Below, one piece after another: positions 27,786-38,493 of a stretch of DNA of 64,000 bases. The DNA is taken from the IMG/VR virus record IMGVR_UViG_3300035686_000079. One strand, given 5' to 3'. Within the stretch, counting starts at the first letter, position 1, and each line of letters opens with the position of its first letter. A program made the position numbers and the translations under genes. The notes under the pieces are model-generated. The model searched no databases, was not told the origin of the DNA, and worked only from the letters and a program-made list of their open reading frames with translations. Source of the stretch: an uncultured virus (IMG/VR IMGVR_UViG_3300035686_000079). Taxonomy: Duplodnaviria; Heunggongvirae; Uroviricota; Caudoviricetes.

Positions 27786-28320
27786 ATTTGACTAACCTTA
27801 GTTGTTGAAGCCCACCCAAATCTATTAAGTCTTTTGAACTGGAACCCCTTTCACCAGGGTCTTGATCTGCGCTTCGCAGCGGCGCTTCGCTATCGAGCAA
27901 ACTGGTTTGAGCGCGTTTCCCGTCCAAATAGGCTCTTGCCTCGTCCATGACGATCTCCAGTTTTACTTTCAAGTCATTTGAGACTAATGATGGATCGAGG
28001 TAAGGCGTATTGATAATAATCGGACTGGGTACATCACTCGATTTATTTTGGGCGGTGATTACGCAGCCAATATCGCCGTCTAGGTGTTTTATGGTCAGCC
28101 CCGTAACATTGGCACCATCCCATCCATTAGGATCGAGTAAGCAGATGTTGACTACTTCATCCAACAGGGAATCCATTGCTACGTAGAAATCAGGGCGAGC
28201 ATCCCCCTTCCCTATTCTCGTCACCTCGTCTGGCTCAGAGGAAAAACTAGGATCATCGTAAGTTATGTTTACACCAATCTTGGTTATTTTGACCTTGTGA
28301 ATAGCAATTCGTTCTGACAT
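27784..28320 (-). CDS. Conserved phage protein
   Basis: IINTP...EARAYLDGKRAQTSLL pattern. Confidence 0.75.
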   Translation of the reverse strand: MSERIAIHKVKITKIGVNITYDDPSFSSEPDEVTRIGKGDARPDFYVAMDSLLDEVVNICLLDPNGWDGANVTGLTIKHLDGDIGCVITAQNKSSDVPSPIIINTPYLDPSLVSNDLKVKLEIVMDEARAYLDGKRAQTSLLDSEAPLRSADQDPGERGSSSKDLIDLGGLQQLRLVK

Positions 28321-28328
28321 ACCAACTC

Positions 28329-28739
28329 CTAAAAATCTAAATCAATTTGAGAAGGGTCTTTTATCAATAAAACACCTTCCTGTACTGAGCTGACATCGAT
28401 TTTCTGGCTACCAATCTCTACGGACAGAGAATCACCATCCAGGTGTACTTTGCCAACGGTATGCCCCTCTGCATCTGTAAGCGAAGCCGAGAAAGGCTCA
28501 ACTATAACCAATCGGAAAGGAACGTTGAGCTTGTTTGCGATCGCCGCAACCTGCAACTCACTGAGCAAACCCAATCGACCGGGATACTCAGAGGCTTCCT
28601 GGAGAACGCGCTGTATTTCTGATTTGTTTAGACTTTTGCGCTTAGGCTTGAAAAAATCGGTATCTGGAACTCTCGGTTTACGAGCAAAGGCTTCCATTTC
28701 TTCTCTTTGCTTAGACTGAAAATCAGTTAAATTCACCAA
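28329..28739 (-). CDS. Hypothetical protein
   Basis: Operonic 136-aa ORF. Confidence 0.65.
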   Translation of the reverse strand: MVNLTDFQSKQREEMEAFARKPRVPDTDFFKPKRKSLNKSEIQRVLQEASEYPGRLGLLSELQVAAIANKLNVPFRLVIVEPFSASLTDAEGHTVGKVHLDGDSLSVEIGSQKIDVSSVQEGVLLIKDPSQIDLDF

Positions 28740-29461
28740 GAAACCTCCCGCAAATAACGAAAACCTTCTTCAGCGGAGCTGACAACTTGCCACCTATAAT
28801 CCTTATCAAACTTGATCTGCCACTTGCCTGAGAGCAATCCAATACCAATCTGTCCCAGCAGCCTATCGCCTTTAGCGACGGATACGATGAACGGTAGTGG
28901 GTCGAAAACCAGTAACTGACATTCGCACTGAAGCGCGATCGCCTCTAATTCCACTAACTTGCCGTATTGAGCAGGATGACTGGATTGCCAACTGCGGATT
29001 TTGGCTAATTGGCGAATTTGCACGGCTGGATCTTCGTCAAGTCGCAGAGCTAATTCGAGAGAAGAAAATGCCTCACACTCTGGTTCTGGCAGCTGTGCCC
29101 CCTTCTTGGATGGGAACAGTGCCTTATTTTTAGATTTTGGCTCCTTAACTAAGGTTTTGGCTGTAAGAGGCGATCGCAAATACTCGATCCATGCCTCCTC
29201 TTCTGCGATTCCTTCCAAAAACATATCGGGCACGCCAGGGAATGCGACAATATTTCCTCGGCGTGCCATCTTTTCCTTAAGGAGGACAATACGCGATCGA
29301 CACAACTCAATTTGCTCCTCTGCCGAAAGATTACTGCAATCAATTACAGCGGCAGGACTTCGTTTGAAATCTATTTGCAGGGCTGGAGAAAGACCTTCTT
29401 TAAACCTATATCGGGGAAGCTTCTTGAAGGAGGGTTGATTTTTTTGGGACGATCGTGCCAT
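28733..29461 (-). CDS. Hypothetical protein
   Basis: Operonic 242-aa ORF. Confidence 0.7.
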   Translation of the reverse strand: MARSSQKNQPSFKKLPRYRFKEGLSPALQIDFKRSPAAVIDCSNLSAEEQIELCRSRIVLLKEKMARRGNIVAFPGVPDMFLEGIAEEEAWIEYLRSPLTAKTLVKEPKSKNKALFPSKKGAQLPEPECEAFSSLELALRLDEDPAVQIRQLAKIRSWQSSHPAQYGKLVELEAIALQCECQLLVFDPLPFIVSVAKGDRLLGQIGIGLLSGKWQIKFDKDYRWQVVSSAEEGFRYLREVSW

Positions 29462-29521
29462 ATTAGCTCATTGAATGCTTTTGCCTGCTCATAAGCTTGT
29501 TTAGGTTATGAAGTGCGAGAA

Positions 29522-29905
29522 CTATGTTTCTCGCACTTCTTGGCGTTTAAGCTCCCACCCATTTGAAGTGCTTGTAAATATCTGGGTTCCGTCCCAGATA
29601 ATAATACCTGGGGTAGGCTGCTCGTACTCGCCCCGATCGCGTTCCAATTCCTCCGGTAGCACGTCTTCACTTGTTAGGTGTTCAACCCCTTCTTTCGTAG
29701 CTGCGAACAGGATGCTCGAAACAGCGATACCAGTTTCAAGCAATAACTTTGCTGCCTGGAGAAGTTCGCGAAAGTCTGAGGCAACAAAGGTCGTAACATA
29801 CAGACCCATGCTGCATGTTGTTGGACAAAAGCCTAGCGCTGATACGCGAGACTGATAGTTTCGGTCTGACACTAGCAGACCTACCTCTGTGCAAGAAAGC
29901 ATCAT
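29522..29905 (-). CDS. Hypothetical protein (start uncertain; the track start at 30046 overlaps the divergent gene)
   Basis: C-terminal part of the 174-aa ORF looks protein-like. Confidence 0.5.
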   Translation of the reverse strand: MMLSCTEVGLLVSDRNYQSRVSALGFCPTTCSMGLYVTTFVASDFRELLQAAKLLLETGIAVSSILFAATKEGVEHLTSEDVLPEELERDRGEYEQPTPGIIIWDGTQIFTSTSNGWELKRQEVRET

Positions 29906-30009
29906 GGTTTTCAGTTTTGTAAATGTATGCGATCGCCTACTTCCTTTTGCGGTTTGTGGAGGCGAAGCGATCGTATCTGCTATATTAACATGGATAGCCA
30001 CGGGTAGCC

Positions 30010-30477
30010 ATGAAAGATAAACGACTGTCTTTAAGAATGCCATCACGGCAAATCACCAAACTAAGAAACGTAGCTGCCGAGCAAGGTAAGACAATGACAC
30101 AGTTCGTGTCCGACTGGATTAACTCTTTGCCCGAACCCAAAATCATAAATCATTCCGTAGGAGAAGCAATGAACTGGCAGGTACTACCACCCGAACCCGG
30201 CAAATGCAGAAGTTGCGCAGTCGAGCATCCGAACGAGATTCCGCATGACGCAACAAGTGCCTATTATCGAGTCTTATTTTTTAACAGTTACGGACGCTCC
30301 CCTACTTGGAGGGACGCAATGTCCCATTGTTGTCCGGAGTTACAAAAAGAGTGGATTGATCGCTTAACAGCCATAGGAATTGACGTTGATAGTGTGCAGG
30401 TGTGGGGAGACATCAAGAGCGAACCAGACCTGATGGAGCGACTCAAGAAAGCAGAAGAAGAGATTGATTCTGTTTGA
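30010..30477 (+). CDS. CopG/RHH-like N-terminus joined to a Cys/His-containing domain
   Basis: KRLSLRM...LRNVAAEQGKTMTQFVSDWI; internal GGAG plus ATG (MNWQ); CRSCAVEH...H. Confidence 0.65.
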   Translation: MKDKRLSLRMPSRQITKLRNVAAEQGKTMTQFVSDWINSLPEPKIINHSVGEAMNWQVLPPEPGKCRSCAVEHPNEIPHDATSAYYRVLFFNSYGRSPTWRDAMSHCCPELQKEWIDRLTAIGIDVDSVQVWGDIKSEPDLMERLKKAEEEIDSV

Positions 30478-30609
30478 CCTCGGTAATTTGGCTTAGGCAA
30501 TTAAGTCAAATTACCGAGGTTTCGGTTCCCTGACTGCGAACAAAATAAAGTAGGCATAATTAATTCTTTACAGGTTAAGGCTCCCTAGAAAAGGGAGCTT
30601 ACTTTTTTG

Positions 30610-30633
30610 AACACCGTTCGATCGAACGGTGTT
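30610..30633. repeat. 24-bp palindrome, copy 6 (perfect)
   Basis: AACACCGTTCGATCGAACGGTGTT. Confidence 0.97.
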
Positions 30634-30731
30634 CCGATCGCACCCTCTAGAACTCCCCAATCGTTTGATATATTCTTAGGGAGGACGCTACAACGGCGTC
30701 CGTAATTTTTCGCATGTACGGACGCCCGTAA

Positions 30732-33047
30732 ATGGTTGATTCTTCAGTCACTACCACAACGACTACGACAACAACGACATATGCAGTTCCCCCCAATCAA
30801 GTGGGATATCTCCCGCAACCGAATGATGGTGGAGTACTTTTTCAAGGACCGTTAAACAGGGGCGATCGTCGCGTTCCTTCAGCCCAAGGACTGACCCTCA
30901 ACAGTTTGTTGCAGTTAATCAACCTCTGTAAGGTTTGGCGACAAAACGGACAAGGGTGGGTTGAGGAGCCAAAAATAGAGGTGGCAGCGCCGAGAAGGGT
31001 TAGAATCGCCTCCGGTAAGGTTACGCTCCCTTCATACTTTGGAGCCTATCGAATCGACAAACCTTGGGAAGTTGATATTCCAGTTATCTCAGGTGAGGGG
31101 TTGATAAAAAGAACGGATACCTTGTATATGGTATCTATGGTTTGTCGCGTAACGGCAGCTCACGACCAGCGGTTGAACGTGACGTTTGCTGCGAAAAAGG
31201 AAAATACTGCGGATATCGTAGTAGACACAAAGGAAAACGAACGAAGATTTCGATCGTTCGCGGGAGTTGTTCTGAGCAGTAGTGAGCTGACGGCAGAAGC
31301 ACTGTTTGCAGCACTGCCCAAAGTAAAAGATGAATATGAACAAACCCAAACGGCAATGATTGTTGCCAACAAAACCAGTGCTGGATTTCCTGTGGGCAAC
31401 AATCATTTTTGGGCGCTTGACAGCAACTGGGTAACGACCGAACCCTATATCGTCGAGCCGCAATTAATAGATTTGGTGCCGATTTGTGGCATTAAAAGAG
31501 TTCAGAATATCACCAACAATGGAATCACGACCGGGTTAAATGGCGAGGAGCCATTTACAGATGCGGTGCTAGTACCAAAATATCAGCGATTCTCCTCAAC
31601 ATTGAGTCCAGAAGCGGTTGCCATAGAACGCTTGATGCAGATATTCTCTGGTACTCCTGGGGTTGGTGGAGGATGGGAGCGAGCGATCCTGAATTTGACT
31701 TCCGGCCCAGTTGGAAACAACCCTGGATTTCCTGGAATGGCAACAGCTAGCCCTAACAACTCTGCTGCGATCGCCAATGGTCAGCGCCTAGGCTTTAGCA
31801 ACCAGAGATTTAGGCAAGACTGCTTGGGTGGGTTGGTAGTGGCGGGGAATGATGGATCGGGGAATGCTGAATTGATATTTTCCCTCTCATCAAATATGCC
31901 CGAAGGGACGGTATTTAGCTCCAATGCCACAAGGCACAAAATTTATGCAATGGACGGAACGGAGATTGGTGCCCTTGGGACGTTCCGGAATTTAGGGAAA
32001 GCTGGAGCGCTGATCTGGACAGCCGGGCCCAATGCTAAAGTGTTCGTCCAACCGACGCAAAGGGCATGGATGGTGCCAAACATAGTCTTACCCGCTGGCA
32101 GTGGAAGCAATATTCCTTTTACGAAGGTAGATCGAGTCTGGCTGGGCGCTACGGAAATAAGTCCGGCTAATATTCGCACGGCATATATTAATGACCTAGC
32201 TGGTTATGAAGCGCCTGCAAATGGAGAAAATTATATAGTGGTGACCGGGCCGGAACGATCGGCTGTGTGTCACTACATTCTGGAGAAAGTTCAGGTGCTC
32301 TCTTCTGAGAAGGGAGTGGTTGCGGTGCCGCAGGGGAAGTCTGGGATTTTTGCTTATATCGAAGGCGTAACTAATCCAGACGGAACGACAAGACTGGATA
32401 AGCCCGTTGTTTCACAACTCAATAATAGAGTCACTTACAACGCCTTAATTTATAAGCCCCCACTACCCAACGAAGCATGGCAGTTTCAGGTTCGCTATCC
32501 AGCTTATGAGGGGCTAGGCAACACAAAGAGTGGCGAACTTGATGGAGCTACTGTTGTATCGCTCCCAGTGGGATTTGCCACAACCCAAGGCAGTGGCACC
32601 AGTGTCTTCAACAGTGAAGGAAGTATTCAATACTCACCCGTTGCTGGCTATCTACCGATCGGTTCTTCGGATATTTCCTACTACCAATTAGATGCACCTA
32701 TTCAGTGGATAGGTGAAGGGTTTATGGGAGATACGACGTTTCGATCGATGATGATAGTTCCTGGTAGTGGCTTGAGCTTGCCTTATCCCGGCATGAAATT
32801 AAGCTGGCAAGCAACTCAAGCCGTTCCACCTCGATCGTTGCAAGGGGTGTTATCCGCCTCCGGTAAAACTATTGGCTTTAGAGCACCATTACTTCAATCG
32901 GGACTGCCCTATCAAGTGATTGTGGCAGTGATTGTCGAGAAAGCTAAAAAGCGGTATTTACTGATCCTGACCAAGAACACGACAGGCAATGAAACGGTTG
33001 CAGCCGATAGCGCGACTGGGACGGGAATGGATTTATTTTTAATTTAG
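30732..33047 (+). CDS. Putative virion tail/baseplate structural protein
   Basis: 771 aa, G/T/S/N-rich beta composition, first gene of a tightly packed operon. Confidence 0.6.
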   Translation: MVDSSVTTTTTTTTTTYAVPPNQVGYLPQPNDGGVLFQGPLNRGDRRVPSAQGLTLNSLLQLINLCKVWRQNGQGWVEEPKIEVAAPRRVRIASGKVTLPSYFGAYRIDKPWEVDIPVISGEGLIKRTDTLYMVSMVCRVTAAHDQRLNVTFAAKKENTADIVVDTKENERRFRSFAGVVLSSSELTAEALFAALPKVKDEYEQTQTAMIVANKTSAGFPVGNNHFWALDSNWVTTEPYIVEPQLIDLVPICGIKRVQNITNNGITTGLNGEEPFTDAVLVPKYQRFSSTLSPEAVAIERLMQIFSGTPGVGGGWERAILNLTSGPVGNNPGFPGMATASPNNSAAIANGQRLGFSNQRFRQDCLGGLVVAGNDGSGNAELIFSLSSNMPEGTVFSSNATRHKIYAMDGTEIGALGTFRNLGKAGALIWTAGPNAKVFVQPTQRAWMVPNIVLPAGSGSNIPFTKVDRVWLGATEISPANIRTAYINDLAGYEAPANGENYIVVTGPERSAVCHYILEKVQVLSSEKGVVAVPQGKSGIFAYIEGVTNPDGTTRLDKPVVSQLNNRVTYNALIYKPPLPNEAWQFQVRYPAYEGLGNTKSGELDGATVVSLPVGFATTQGSGTSVFNSEGSIQYSPVAGYLPIGSSDISYYQLDAPIQWIGEGFMGDTTFRSMMIVPGSGLSLPYPGMKLSWQATQAVPPRSLQGVLSASGKTIGFRAPLLQSGLPYQVIVAVIVEKAKKRYLLILTKNTTGNETVAADSATGTGMDLFLI

Positions 33048-34151
33048 ATGGCAACAAAACTCCTAAGTTACGCGGTTCCTGCCACCTTACTGCGAAATGC
33101 CGTACTAAGGGTGCCAGAAGACTTCGCCTCAATCGGGGCAGCTTTAGCCTATCTCAGAGGTAAAGTGTGCTTGAATACGGCGATCGATATTGCTCCAGGC
33201 ACCTACAATGAGTCTCTGATTATTTCAGATATCTCAACAGGAGGCTCATTTAATGCAAGTGTCGCACTCGCCGCTACAACACCTACGACAGGCATACTTG
33301 GCGTTCATGGACTAGAACTGAGGGCGAGAAATTATACAGATGGGATGACAACTCCATCTGTTTCTATTCAAGGGTTGGTCAGCTTTGTACGGGATGTTGG
33401 AGTTTTTGGCTTTCGAGCTACGCTCAACACATTACCCGAACACTTGCTATACGGCTTTGCCGCTATGAACGGAGGTGTTTTGTCTTGCTACGATTGCCAA
33501 GCGATCGGCACTGGATACAACATTAATAATAACTTTGGTTCTGGTTTTGCCTCTTTAAGCAACGGGTTACTTAGAGCAAAAAAAGCGATCGCCTCCAATC
33601 TCCAGCACGGGTTAATCGCCCAGCACGATGGACTTATTCATGCCGATGGAGCTTTGGCTCAAGACAATCGTACCTATCAAATTTTTGCCGCTCAAAAGAG
33701 TACTATTTCAGTTAATAACTTGACTGCAAGTGGAGTGAACGGGGTTTATTCAGCTGGAAACTCTAATATTTGGGCTAATAATTCTGTGGTTACAGGTACG
33801 GCGATGGGAACTGGAATAGGATTTTTAGCAACTTATGGGGGTTATATAAATAGTCAGAGCGCTCAATCTAGTTTATTTCTTCAAGGCTTTCTGACAACAC
33901 ATAATGGCAAAATTGACGCCCTAAATGCAATAGCTTCAAACTGTTCTCAAGGAATTTATTCAAACTCCAATGGTTATGTTGCAGCCAATGGTAGTACCAC
34001 CAGAAATTGTACGACTGGATATTTTGCAAATATGGGAGCCTTCCTTTTTGCTCCAAACACTCTAGCTAAGGCTTCTGGAAATGGAGCCAACTATTCTCCT
34101 AGCACCAGTGGAACACCAGGCAACACAAATGCTGTTATTCACTTTAGTTAA
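33048..34151 (+). CDS. Putative tail fibre/spike with right-handed beta-helix
   Basis: VPEDFASIGAAL...IAPGTYNE followed by roughly 22-residue repeats of G..A...G.I.A. Confidence 0.7.
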   Translation: MATKLLSYAVPATLLRNAVLRVPEDFASIGAALAYLRGKVCLNTAIDIAPGTYNESLIISDISTGGSFNASVALAATTPTTGILGVHGLELRARNYTDGMTTPSVSIQGLVSFVRDVGVFGFRATLNTLPEHLLYGFAAMNGGVLSCYDCQAIGTGYNINNNFGSGFASLSNGLLRAKKAIASNLQHGLIAQHDGLIHADGALAQDNRTYQIFAAQKSTISVNNLTASGVNGVYSAGNSNIWANNSVVTGTAMGTGIGFLATYGGYINSQSAQSSLFLQGFLTTHNGKIDALNAIASNCSQGIYSNSNGYVAANGSTTRNCTTGYFANMGAFLFAPNTLAKASGNGANYSPSTSGTPGNTNAVIHFS

Positions 34152-34157
34152 TCACCA

Positions 34158-35534
34158 ATGAAAAATCCTAAACTATTTAGACCTGGATATGGAGTGGACG
34201 AGGAAGCTACCGATAGTGGCGCATCCTCAGGCACGAACAATACAGTCGTAAGCCTATCGGAAGTTAATAGACTGATTAGACAACAATCCAAAACGTCAGC
34301 CATTCGACAGGCTTTTGCTCTAAAAAGCAGCCAACAAGGAGCGATCGCACTACAAAACGTTAGGTCAGAGATTATTAATGGACTACTACCATTAGATCAA
34401 ATTGGTCAACGCAGAATCACAATAGGTTTTTCGGGTTCAATGGCAGTATTGGTTGGAGGGGATTATCGTTCAATAACTGAGGAGTTTGTAGATTGGTCAA
34501 ACTATATCAATCGAATGACAGAATTTTTGTATGTAAGCCAAGTGTTTACACACTTAACCGTCACTACTCCTACTCCGAGTCGGTATGGTTCTGCATCAGC
34601 CTCTAATTTGGTAAATTCGTACTTTTTTGGAGGATTCGCTGGAAAGCGAACGACACCTAATACAATAGGATTTTCCGCAGGTACTGATACGATAGATCGC
34701 TACAATCGAGCGTCTAAAAGCATTGTTCAAATTGCAACTAAAGTAAGCAGTCCTTGGGTTTGCTTTTATTCATCCTCCAGTTTAACTAATCTCAATAAAG
34801 CCATTATTCCTAGTGGTCAGCGATCGCATCCAGCTCCTGCTCCTTGGAAGATCAATTTTATCGATCTAGGAAACAGAGTTCTTCAATACGCGGACAACTC
34901 GCTAAAGCGATTTGGATATAGCGGAGAGGATATGCAAACCATTGCAGCTACTCTCAGTCAACCTAGGATGGGAGCAAGCGCCCTCCAAGGGGACAAGAAG
35001 ACTGGATATTTCTTTTTCGGACTAAATTGTTACGACCGGAACAAAGCTGGCGGGATTGGAGGATACGACGTAAACACAAATTTCAACCAAGCAACTCAGT
35101 TTGATCTAGACCTCGAAACCAGTACGGTCATTGGCGAATTTAGGTCGCATGGAGGCTCTCGGTTTGGAGGAGGAAGCGCCTCAAGCAAAATCAATGGTTA
35201 TGTGTTTTCAGGTCGGGATCATACCACTCATACGGCAACGACAAGAGAGCCAAACTTGAATTCGATCTTTGAATTCAATTTTTCCACAAGAGCTGGAACT
35301 GTTATTGGGACGGTATTGCCAGAAATACCTAATAATCCCCATTACTTAAACGCTACAGCTAGTTCAACTGATGCTTATATTTTTAGGGGGAATAGCGGGG
35401 CACCCAACAGTTATATATTTAACTTTGGTAGGAGAGACTTGGCTCCAATCTCAACCGCCTTGGTTACACAAGCCAATGTTAGATTACAGCGGTTCGCAGC
35501 CGAGTCAGACTACAACGTAGGATGGGGAATTTGA
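34158..35534 (+). CDS. Putative virion protein with kelch-like beta-propeller
   Basis: Repeats of the type SASASNLVNSYFFGG, SASSKINGYVFSG, ATASSTDAYIFRG. Confidence 0.65.
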   Translation: MKNPKLFRPGYGVDEEATDSGASSGTNNTVVSLSEVNRLIRQQSKTSAIRQAFALKSSQQGAIALQNVRSEIINGLLPLDQIGQRRITIGFSGSMAVLVGGDYRSITEEFVDWSNYINRMTEFLYVSQVFTHLTVTTPTPSRYGSASASNLVNSYFFGGFAGKRTTPNTIGFSAGTDTIDRYNRASKSIVQIATKVSSPWVCFYSSSSLTNLNKAIIPSGQRSHPAPAPWKINFIDLGNRVLQYADNSLKRFGYSGEDMQTIAATLSQPRMGASALQGDKKTGYFFFGLNCYDRNKAGGIGGYDVNTNFNQATQFDLDLETSTVIGEFRSHGGSRFGGGSASSKINGYVFSGRDHTTHTATTREPNLNSIFEFNFSTRAGTVIGTVLPEIPNNPHYLNATASSTDAYIFRGNSGAPNSYIFNFGRRDLAPISTALVTQANVRLQRFAAESDYNVGWGI

Positions 35535-35536
35535 TA

Positions 35537-36328
35537 ATGCAGCCAAATATCACAAATCACGGACTTAATTCTGATGCAGCGACTCGCTTTGGCATTACCC
35601 GCCATGCCAATATCCATCCATTTTATGTCTTACGACAGGCGGAGTTAACAGTTGATAGCAAAAAGAAAGAGATACTTGAAGTCGAATTAGCTATCGAGCA
35701 GATGGATCTCGCTTATAAATCCTGGCTTGACAGGTTGGCGATTCTATATGCCAGAGAGCAGATTTGCGACGATCGGCATTTAGGTTGGTTGTTCAAACGG
35801 GTGCGATCGGCTAAAAATTATACCTACAAAATACTCCGCCTACCTTCAGAGCAACAAGAGCTGCACACTATTGAAGGGAATGTTCGACGCTACGATTTGG
35901 AACGTCCTAAAGCCGAACGAGATCTGCGGGATTTAAAAATGGAACTAACCGCAGCCGAAGAGGAAAAGCAACGTTTCTACCTAGAACATCCAGACTGGGT
36001 TGGAAAGACTTACCAGGAGGTGCAGGCGGAGCATAGTGAATCGGCGTTTCTCGGTCGAATTGCAGTATCGCTGGCGGCCCACCTTTATGCAGGGGAGAAC
36101 CACGCAGCTTTTGTACTACTGGCAGACTTATCACATGAACAGCGTCTCATTGTCACCAAGAAGGCAGTAGAGCTTAAGGTACAAGTCGAAGGGTATGGTT
36201 TTGCAGGAAAAGCCTACGACCTGCTTCAAGGAATCCCAGTAGACGAGCGAGAGAACTTTATTGCCGCTGCCGCTGCCCTCTGTCGATCGAATTACCCTGG
36301 TTCGATGCAACTAATAACCAACGACTAA
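35537..36328 (+). CDS. Helical coiled-coil hypothetical protein (possible assembly chaperone)
   Basis: ORF follows the kelch-like gene; ATG 35537 lies just after its stop. Confidence 0.65.
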   Translation: MQPNITNHGLNSDAATRFGITRHANIHPFYVLRQAELTVDSKKKEILEVELAIEQMDLAYKSWLDRLAILYAREQICDDRHLGWLFKRVRSAKNYTYKILRLPSEQQELHTIEGNVRRYDLERPKAERDLRDLKMELTAAEEEKQRFYLEHPDWVGKTYQEVQAEHSESAFLGRIAVSLAAHLYAGENHAAFVLLADLSHEQRLIVTKKAVELKVQVEGYGFAGKAYDLLQGIPVDERENFIAAAAALCRSNYPGSMQLITND

Positions 36329-36349
36329 TAACCAACGACTAATAACCAA
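36310..36349 (+). repeat. 14-bp tandem repeat ACTAATAACCAACG x about 2.9 (STRR-like)
   Basis: Read directly at the gene junction. Confidence 0.9.
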
Positions 36350-38493
36350 TGCCTAATTTACCTATCTTTGCTGTTGAGGGGTGCTTTTTGACCGATCGCA
36401 TCTCTAATCGAATTCCCACCTTCAAGCGGGGTAGTTCCGTTAATTTGGTCAGTTACAATCCCAAAACACCCGTCACGGTGCAATCCGTCCGCGACCACAC
36501 TCCCGCTGTCTACAGTGACACTGGGGGTATCTTGCTAGAGAAAGCAGCGGCTCCACTACTGAACCACAACATAGATTTATCTCAGAAAAATCTCTGGATT
36601 GCAGGACAGTACGTCAACGTTTTCCCCAATCAAGCCATTGGAGCTGATGGGGCGAAGACAGCCGATTTAATTGCATGGAGCGCGGTAACAACAGGGGTCG
36701 ATCAGTCTTTAAGTCGAACGTTTTCACTCGTGGCGGAAAAAACTTATACGATCGCCTTCTTGATCGGATTACAAAACAAAGGTGGAACGTTTAACGAGTC
36801 TGGGGAAATTCGGATTACAGGAGACGTAAAATCGGCGACACCCATCAAGTTGAGCGAATTGAATAATTCTCCCGGACAATACAGGTATTTGTGGACAACA
36901 TTCAAGGCCGCAGGCAAACAACCAAAATTACCTGTTGGCTCAATGACCTCTGGAACTGGCTCTGGCGACTACCAGGTGCTGAGCGTTACGAACAACACCA
37001 TCACCTTGCAAATTTTTGACATGCAAGCCAATGACCTTAGAGGGGGTCAGTTGCAATTTGATGCTAACGATCAGTCGCATACGATCAATGGCAGCTCTCA
37101 GTCAACCAATGGAATTGTCACTATCTCGACCGATACACCATCCCTTGCCGCTTTTGGCGTGACAACGGCATCTAGAGCCAGAATATTAAGTGCTCCTGTT
37201 CAAACTGTTACGTTGACATTTTATTCAGAAGCGAGCGCAACACTGATGTTTGGAGGGTGTTTCTTAGAGGAGGGAGATTTTCCTTCTAGCCCACTGTTCA
37301 CCGACCAAGAACTCAAGCCGCGAGCGCAGTCAATCTGCCATTACAGCCCAACCCCCCTGCAAAACCTCAATACTTTTGGGGTATTCGTGCATTTGGACTA
37401 CTGGCAAGGGGATGGAAACATCATTCAGTCGGGAGATTTTCAGATTGCGATCGTCTCCAACAGGTTGACGGTTACATTGGGTGGGACGAGCGTTACTGTT
37501 CCACAGGATCTACCTCGATATGGATTAAAAATCTTTGTACAGGTGGCAATCGAAACCACCTCTCTAAGCGTCTATATAAACACTCAATTAGCCTCCGTTC
37601 AAACAATCCCTCGTTACCAAGCACCAGCAGGTTTGCTGGTGTTGACCACAGAAGGCGTGAGGGTTTTCAAGCAGATCTTCTTATTTGATTACCTGTTACC
37701 TGGTGGCGGGAATGCTATTAACGATTTTGCTACAGGGGAGCTGCTTGACCTGATCGCAAATCCAGAGTTAGTCATTCCATCGGAGTTGATTACTCGTAGC
37801 CTACCCGTACTAAAACTACCCCCAATTGAAGTACCTGGCATGGTGCCGCCTAAGGCATCCAGTGTGATCACGTCGCTATCCACGTCTTCTCGGCTAGTCA
37901 CTGTGTCCGACATAACTGGCTTCGCTGTTGGGGACTTAGTAGTGGTATTGAGAGGGGAATTTCAAATCACATGGACGACCATTAGAGCTATCCCTAGCGT
38001 CAGTACTGGCACGATCGAGCTTGAGAATGTAGCAGGCATTAATACCGTCACGGATTCCCTAGTGGCGGGGAATATCAACGAGCCGGGGCGAGCCTCCGTT
38101 CGATTGCCGTTTGATACTCAGGCATCTGGGGTTGTGGATACGATCGACTTAGCAACAAAATCCGTTAGACTCACCAGTTCAGCGGTTGCTTTTACGGCAG
38201 GTCGAGTTTTTATATTAACGGCGGGAGGACAAGATATTCGAGAAGCTATTGTTAGTTTTGTCGATCCTGCCAACCAGCGCCTGGTATTGAGTTCTGTGGA
38301 TGACATCAGGCAGGGGCATTTAATCGTTCAGCCCAGTTATGAAACAGAAGTCAGCCCACCAAACTACGAAGTTGGTTTCACGCTGCAAGTTCCAGGAATC
38401 CGTGTTGGGGCTAAAGCGAACAATAGTTTTGTTGTTTTGAACGATCGCCCCAATAAAGCGTACTTGACCCCACTGGTGACGGTAAACCTATGA
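36349..38493 (+). CDS. Putative virion tail protein with carbohydrate-binding/LamG-like regions
   Basis: GILLEKAA..LL.HN and FGGCFLEEGDFPSS motifs typical of phage tail/spike domains. Confidence 0.6.
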   Translation: MPNLPIFAVEGCFLTDRISNRIPTFKRGSSVNLVSYNPKTPVTVQSVRDHTPAVYSDTGGILLEKAAAPLLNHNIDLSQKNLWIAGQYVNVFPNQAIGADGAKTADLIAWSAVTTGVDQSLSRTFSLVAEKTYTIAFLIGLQNKGGTFNESGEIRITGDVKSATPIKLSELNNSPGQYRYLWTTFKAAGKQPKLPVGSMTSGTGSGDYQVLSVTNNTITLQIFDMQANDLRGGQLQFDANDQSHTINGSSQSTNGIVTISTDTPSLAAFGVTTASRARILSAPVQTVTLTFYSEASATLMFGGCFLEEGDFPSSPLFTDQELKPRAQSICHYSPTPLQNLNTFGVFVHLDYWQGDGNIIQSGDFQIAIVSNRLTVTLGGTSVTVPQDLPRYGLKIFVQVAIETTSLSVYINTQLASVQTIPRYQAPAGLLVLTTEGVRVFKQIFLFDYLLPGGGNAINDFATGELLDLIANPELVIPSELITRSLPVLKLPPIEVPGMVPPKASSVITSLSTSSRLVTVSDITGFAVGDLVVVLRGEFQITWTTIRAIPSVSTGTIELENVAGINTVTDSLVAGNINEPGRASVRLPFDTQASGVVDTIDLATKSVRLTSSAVAFTAGRVFILTAGGQDIREAIVSFVDPANQRLVLSSVDDIRQGHLIVQPSYETEVSPPNYEVGFTLQVPGIRVGAKANNSFVVLNDRPNKAYLTPLVTVNL

